Assembly: GCA_963758525.1 (NCBI GenBank)
Contig: CAVWVQ010000003.1
Span: forward strand, 2,592,001-2,656,000
DNA: 64,000 nucleotides
Source of the DNA: an uncultured Phycisphaerales bacterium
GTDB taxonomy: Bacteria; Planctomycetota; Phycisphaerae; Tepidisphaerales; Tepidisphaeraceae
Direction: 5' to 3'
Shown: positions 62,482 through 64,000 of the stretch, in pieces
How positions within the stretch are numbered: position 1 is the first letter of the stretch
How the letters are laid out: each line of letters opens with the position of its first letter
Made by a program: the position numbers and the translations under genes
Notes under the pieces: model-generated
Seen by the model: the letters and a program-made list of their open reading frames with translations, nothing else
What the model was told of the DNA's origin: nothing
Databases searched by the model: none

Positions 62482-63482
62482 TCATTGTTTGCCTCCCGGA
62501 TGTCCAACAGTCCAGTTCTGGACGGACCTTAGCAGACCAATCGCGGTGTCAATTAGGTCATCTATTAGCTTGGCAGTGAGCGTACCCGTAAGCGGAAGCC
62601 TGTCTCCAGTTTTCAGCAGAGGAATATCCTGCACCAGCATCGTTTGCTCGGTAAATTCCTTGTCCACAAAACCGCTCTTGTGAATGAGCACATTTCGGAC
62701 GGCGGCCGCATACTGAAGTCCTGGCGAATCCAAAAGTTCGATGATTGCGTCAGCATGCACATCAAACGCGAGATGATAGGCAAGCCGTATGTCTGGAAGA
62801 GATCGAAACGACACCTTCCGGATGCCCGATAGAAGGTCCCCCATTTTCGCTCGGACATCAAAACCGTATCGCTCCAACTCTCCAATCGGAATGCTTTTCG
62901 CGTCATTTTTGCATGCCCCTGTTCTATTCCGGCTCGCTTGCTTTCGTTTGAATATTTCCCTCGCGGTTGCCCCTTCAACGATCCCAGCCTTGATGGCCGT
63001 GCATTCACGGCGTCGATCCAAACGTCTTCCGCCAAGCTTTCGAAAACCGTCCACGCTTGAATCAGCATCGCGCGATAAAAGTACCTGATCGCATCGTCAT
63101 CAAAAAACCGCGCGAATTCCTGCTCTATGGTTTGCCAGATGATGGGCGTCAAAATGATTACGTTGTTCACGACTGGCGGCACATAGCCAGAGGCTACTGC
63201 CTCCCAAATCCTTTTATCGTACTCGCCGACTCCCTCGCCCTCATGGCGTGGCAATTGACGCATCGTGAATTGGAATCGTTCTTCATAGATCGAAAGTTGT
63301 GCGGGAAATAAAATAAACTGCTCAAGCCCATGCAGATTCTCAAGGAGAGCATCGGCGGAATGGCGAAACAGTTCGTCGGGCTCTGGTCGCGGCTTGCGCG
63401 TTGTTTCTCCAACCAGACGAATCGCCGCAGCGAAGTCGGCAACTTTGCCGACGCGGTCTGCTGGAAGTTCCTTTTTGCTCAT
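62482..63482 (-). CDS. HEPN-domain protein (frameshift near 62910)
   Basis: LIQAWTVFESLAED and the RxxxxH motif RNVLIH(KSG). Confidence 0.65.
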
Positions 63483-63718
63483 AGCGCGCATTTTCGCGCG
63501 GGGATCACCTTCGTCAAATATATTGTTGCCCAAAATAGATTTCGTCCAAATCTCGAAAATCGCAGTTCATCACTGACCAGGTGTTGTCACTGTGGCCAGA
63601 TACACATCGCCCGTAACCGAGATTCGGTCTCGCGTCATTCATGAAACCCTTCAGAACTTGCAACCGGCAGACCGGCAGGGCAAGCTGAAGAAGAGGCAGC
63701 CCTTCGGGGAAGGTCGCA

Positions 63719-64000
63719 ATGTACCACGACACAGAGGGCCTGCGCTTTTCGCCCACCGACCTGATCGTCTACCTGGAGGGTGAGTTCGGCTCATGGATGG
63801 ACCGGTCGTATCTGGAGCAGAGGCGAGAAATGAACGCACCGGCGACGGCCGCAGGCGCGGCGCTGGCGTATCGGCCGGATGGCGACAGCGCGGAAATGAA
63901 GCTGATCAAGGTCAAGGGAATAGAGCACGAGCAAGCATTCCTGCAGTCGCTCAAGACAGCGGGTTACAGAATTGTCGAGGTTATCCAGGGCGATGACGCC
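63719..64000 (+). CDS. TM0106-family RecB-like nuclease, N-terminus (runs off window)
   Basis: Manual translation MYHDTEGLRFSPTDL..FGSWMDR..KGIEHEQAFLQSLK. Confidence 0.7.
   Translation, partial: MYHDTEGLRFSPTDLIVYLEGEFGSWMDRSYLEQRREMNAPATAAGAALAYRPDGDSAEMKLIKVKGIEHEQAFLQSLKTAGYRIVEVIQGDDA

Larger units (their letters stand above)
24259..64000. mobile_element. tRNA-Ser-integrated genomic island (right end not seen)
   Basis: Integrase directly downstream of the tRNA, replication module, defence-type cargo, gene remnants, no housekeeping genes, none of the core REP families noticed. Confidence 0.75.

Noticed and set aside
1269..63482. Many split genes as pseudogenes or programmed frameshifts
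   Set aside because: Single indels hit tmk, thiL and xylA as well as cargo, both halves stay conserved and no shared slippery motif was seen; typical of unpolished long reads. Read mapping would settle it
24259..64000. attR duplicate of the tRNA-Ser 3' end
   Set aside because: No copy found by eye in the window, so the right boundary is not called

Overview
GC-rich bacterial DNA, most likely Planctomycetota (Phycisphaerae/Tepidisphaerales-like). This is inferred from PATQP-type linkers, DUF1800/DUF1501, a CxxCGYDLRATPxRCPECG protein and the REP families. The window has two parts. (1) About 1-24.2 kb is core chromosome: TIGR03032 protein, xylA, a HEPN pair, mutY, a TPR/LpoB/YcfL lipoprotein cluster, holB-tmk, galK, trpD, thiL-tsaE, and a radical SAM/Ycf46-AAA/DUF1257/DUF2997/S26/TPR/PilT cluster, with many intergenic REP-like repeats. 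(2) A genomic island starts right after tRNA-Ser(GCT) at 24168-24258 and apparently runs past the window end (no attR seen). It opens with a tyrosine integrase, Xis-like HTH, AEP primase, SF3-like helicase, an iteron-rich putative origin and its own family A DNA polymerase. Cargo follows: a HEPN pair, DUF1800/DUF1501, a REase-STAND NTPase, an NDT-like protein, ARPP-1, a WYL regulator with five TGACA-N6-TGTCA-type boxes, a LysR-linked ComB/QueD/PdxH/glycosyltransferase operon, alpha-2-macroglobulin, YbjN, HEPN and a TM0106 nuclease. At least ten genes, including tmk, carry single frameshifts, which most likely reflect long-read indel errors. All family calls come from motif recognition by eye; no database searches were run.
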